From Lama guanicoe (lineage: Eukaryota): DNA of 64,000 bases. A model generated the notes under the pieces. The model made no database searches. It had not been told where the DNA came from and saw nothing but the letters and a program-made list of their open reading frames with translations. Position 1 is the stretch's first letter, and each line of letters opens with the position of its first letter. Below, piece by piece: positions 63,119 to 64,000 of the stretch. The position numbers and the translations under genes were made by a program. Location of the stretch: assembly GCA_013239625.1 (NCBI GenBank), contig MU057352.1, positions 30,077,277 to 30,141,276 of the forward strand, given 5' to 3'.

Positions 63119-63814
63119 TCTTGGTGTGAGGCAGCACCTGCCTCGGGACAGACCGTGACTGGGCTCCAGCCCCACGTCACAGATTGGAAACCAAGTCTGA
63201 GAGAAGGGAAGGGACGCGAGCAATGTCACAGAGTGTCTGTGAGAAGTCAGACTGAGACCAGAGCTTGGTCTCTCGATCCTAGACTAGTGACTGCCATTTT
63301 GATTGTTCTGGCCCCTTGGCTGAGCCCCTCCCAATCTGAATTCATTGTCCAGCCACCTGCCGACACCCCTTAGGGCTGTGCGCTCCGGCCACGTCGCAGG
63401 CCCATCCTCCCCTGTACCCTGCTGGGAAGGCCCCTCCTGCCGCCCCTGCCCAGCTGGGTGCACACAGTCTGACCGTGGGCTCCAGGTGCCGCGTGTCTCC
63501 CTCCTGGTGTCTCCACTGTTTCCCTTTCTTGTAACACTGGGCATCGCTTTTGTCACCGCTTGTCTGGGTCTGGCCTCCTCTAGACCTAAACCCCTACAGG
63601 AGACCAAACAGTGGCCGCTGTGCCAGCGCCTGAGCTGGGAGGCAGGGGGAGCAAGGGACAAGGGAGGACAAACGACCCACCGGATATTCTTTTTAATGCT
63701 CTGATGAGGTGGCCGTGCAAGAATCTGGTTACCAACCTGAGAACTGCTACTGAGCCTTCATTTAATCAGAGAAAGCAGCGTTGCTATGGAAGGGGATTTA
63801 AAGACAGTGGTTAC

Positions 63815-63868
63815 CTGCGGCCCCAGCAGTCCAGGGGTTCCAGGAGGGCCCGTCTCACCTTTCTTCCC
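63815..63868 (-). CDS. COL22A1: COL22A1 exon, 54 nt, GKKGETGPPGTPGLLGPQ
   Basis: ccctcAG acceptor, GTAACC donor, six Gly-X-Y triplets. Confidence 0.93.
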
Positions 63869-64000
63869 CTGAGGGCAAAAGAAGAAGCCAAAATTAACGG
63901 CCAAGACCAGCAGCGCCCAGCACCCGGCTAAGAGTACACCTCAGCGGAAACTCCGATTATCAGGCCATCCCCTCGGGGTGCCCTGCAGGGAAGCAGTGCG

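Larger units (their letters stand above)
845..63868 (-). other. COL22A1: COL22A1 gene body (partial): 25 coding exons of the collagenous region; gene extends beyond both window ends
   Basis: Exons splice in frame into 467 aa of Gly-X-Y containing the collagen XXII interruptions TSLFTPHPRLP and [36 protein letters not shown], colinear with human COL22A1 as I recall it. Confidence 0.96.

Noticed and set aside
1-64000. CRISPR arrays, tRNA/rRNA genes, prokaryote-style operons
   Set aside because: None seen; this is a mammalian intron-exon region with no regularly spaced repeat-spacer array or structured RNA gene I can support.

Overview
Mammalian genomic DNA that lies entirely inside one minus-strand FACIT-type collagen gene, recognisable as COL22A1 (collagen XXII alpha-1). 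I mapped 25 consecutive coding exons (63868 down to 845). All are phase 0 with AG/GT boundaries, total 1401 nt = 467 aa of Gly-X-Y with two short non-collagenous interruptions (TSLFTPHPRLP; [23 protein letters not shown]). The gene continues past both window ends. Introns carry ERV1 and MaLR solo LTRs, MER DNA-transposon relics, MIR/L2/L1 fragments and a cetartiodactyl-type L1 3' end. I saw no ruminant, pig or whale SINEs, which hints at a camelid (inference). Most notable: (1) a promoter-like CpG island at about 50-540 that looks foreign to the intron; (2) a non-exonised, L2-embedded counterpart of the Cys-rich human cassette exon at 28158-28216; (3) two apparently identical ~410-bp tandem duplications, each with one unpaired A at the junction, probably assembly artefacts, one copying a splice donor; (4) an L1 insertion whose target-site duplication contains the likely branch point; (5) an exon one triplet shorter than the human one. 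The long ORFs in the six-frame track are not real genes. I cannot support a new biological system beyond these observations. All human comparisons rely on my recall of the human protein and need checking.
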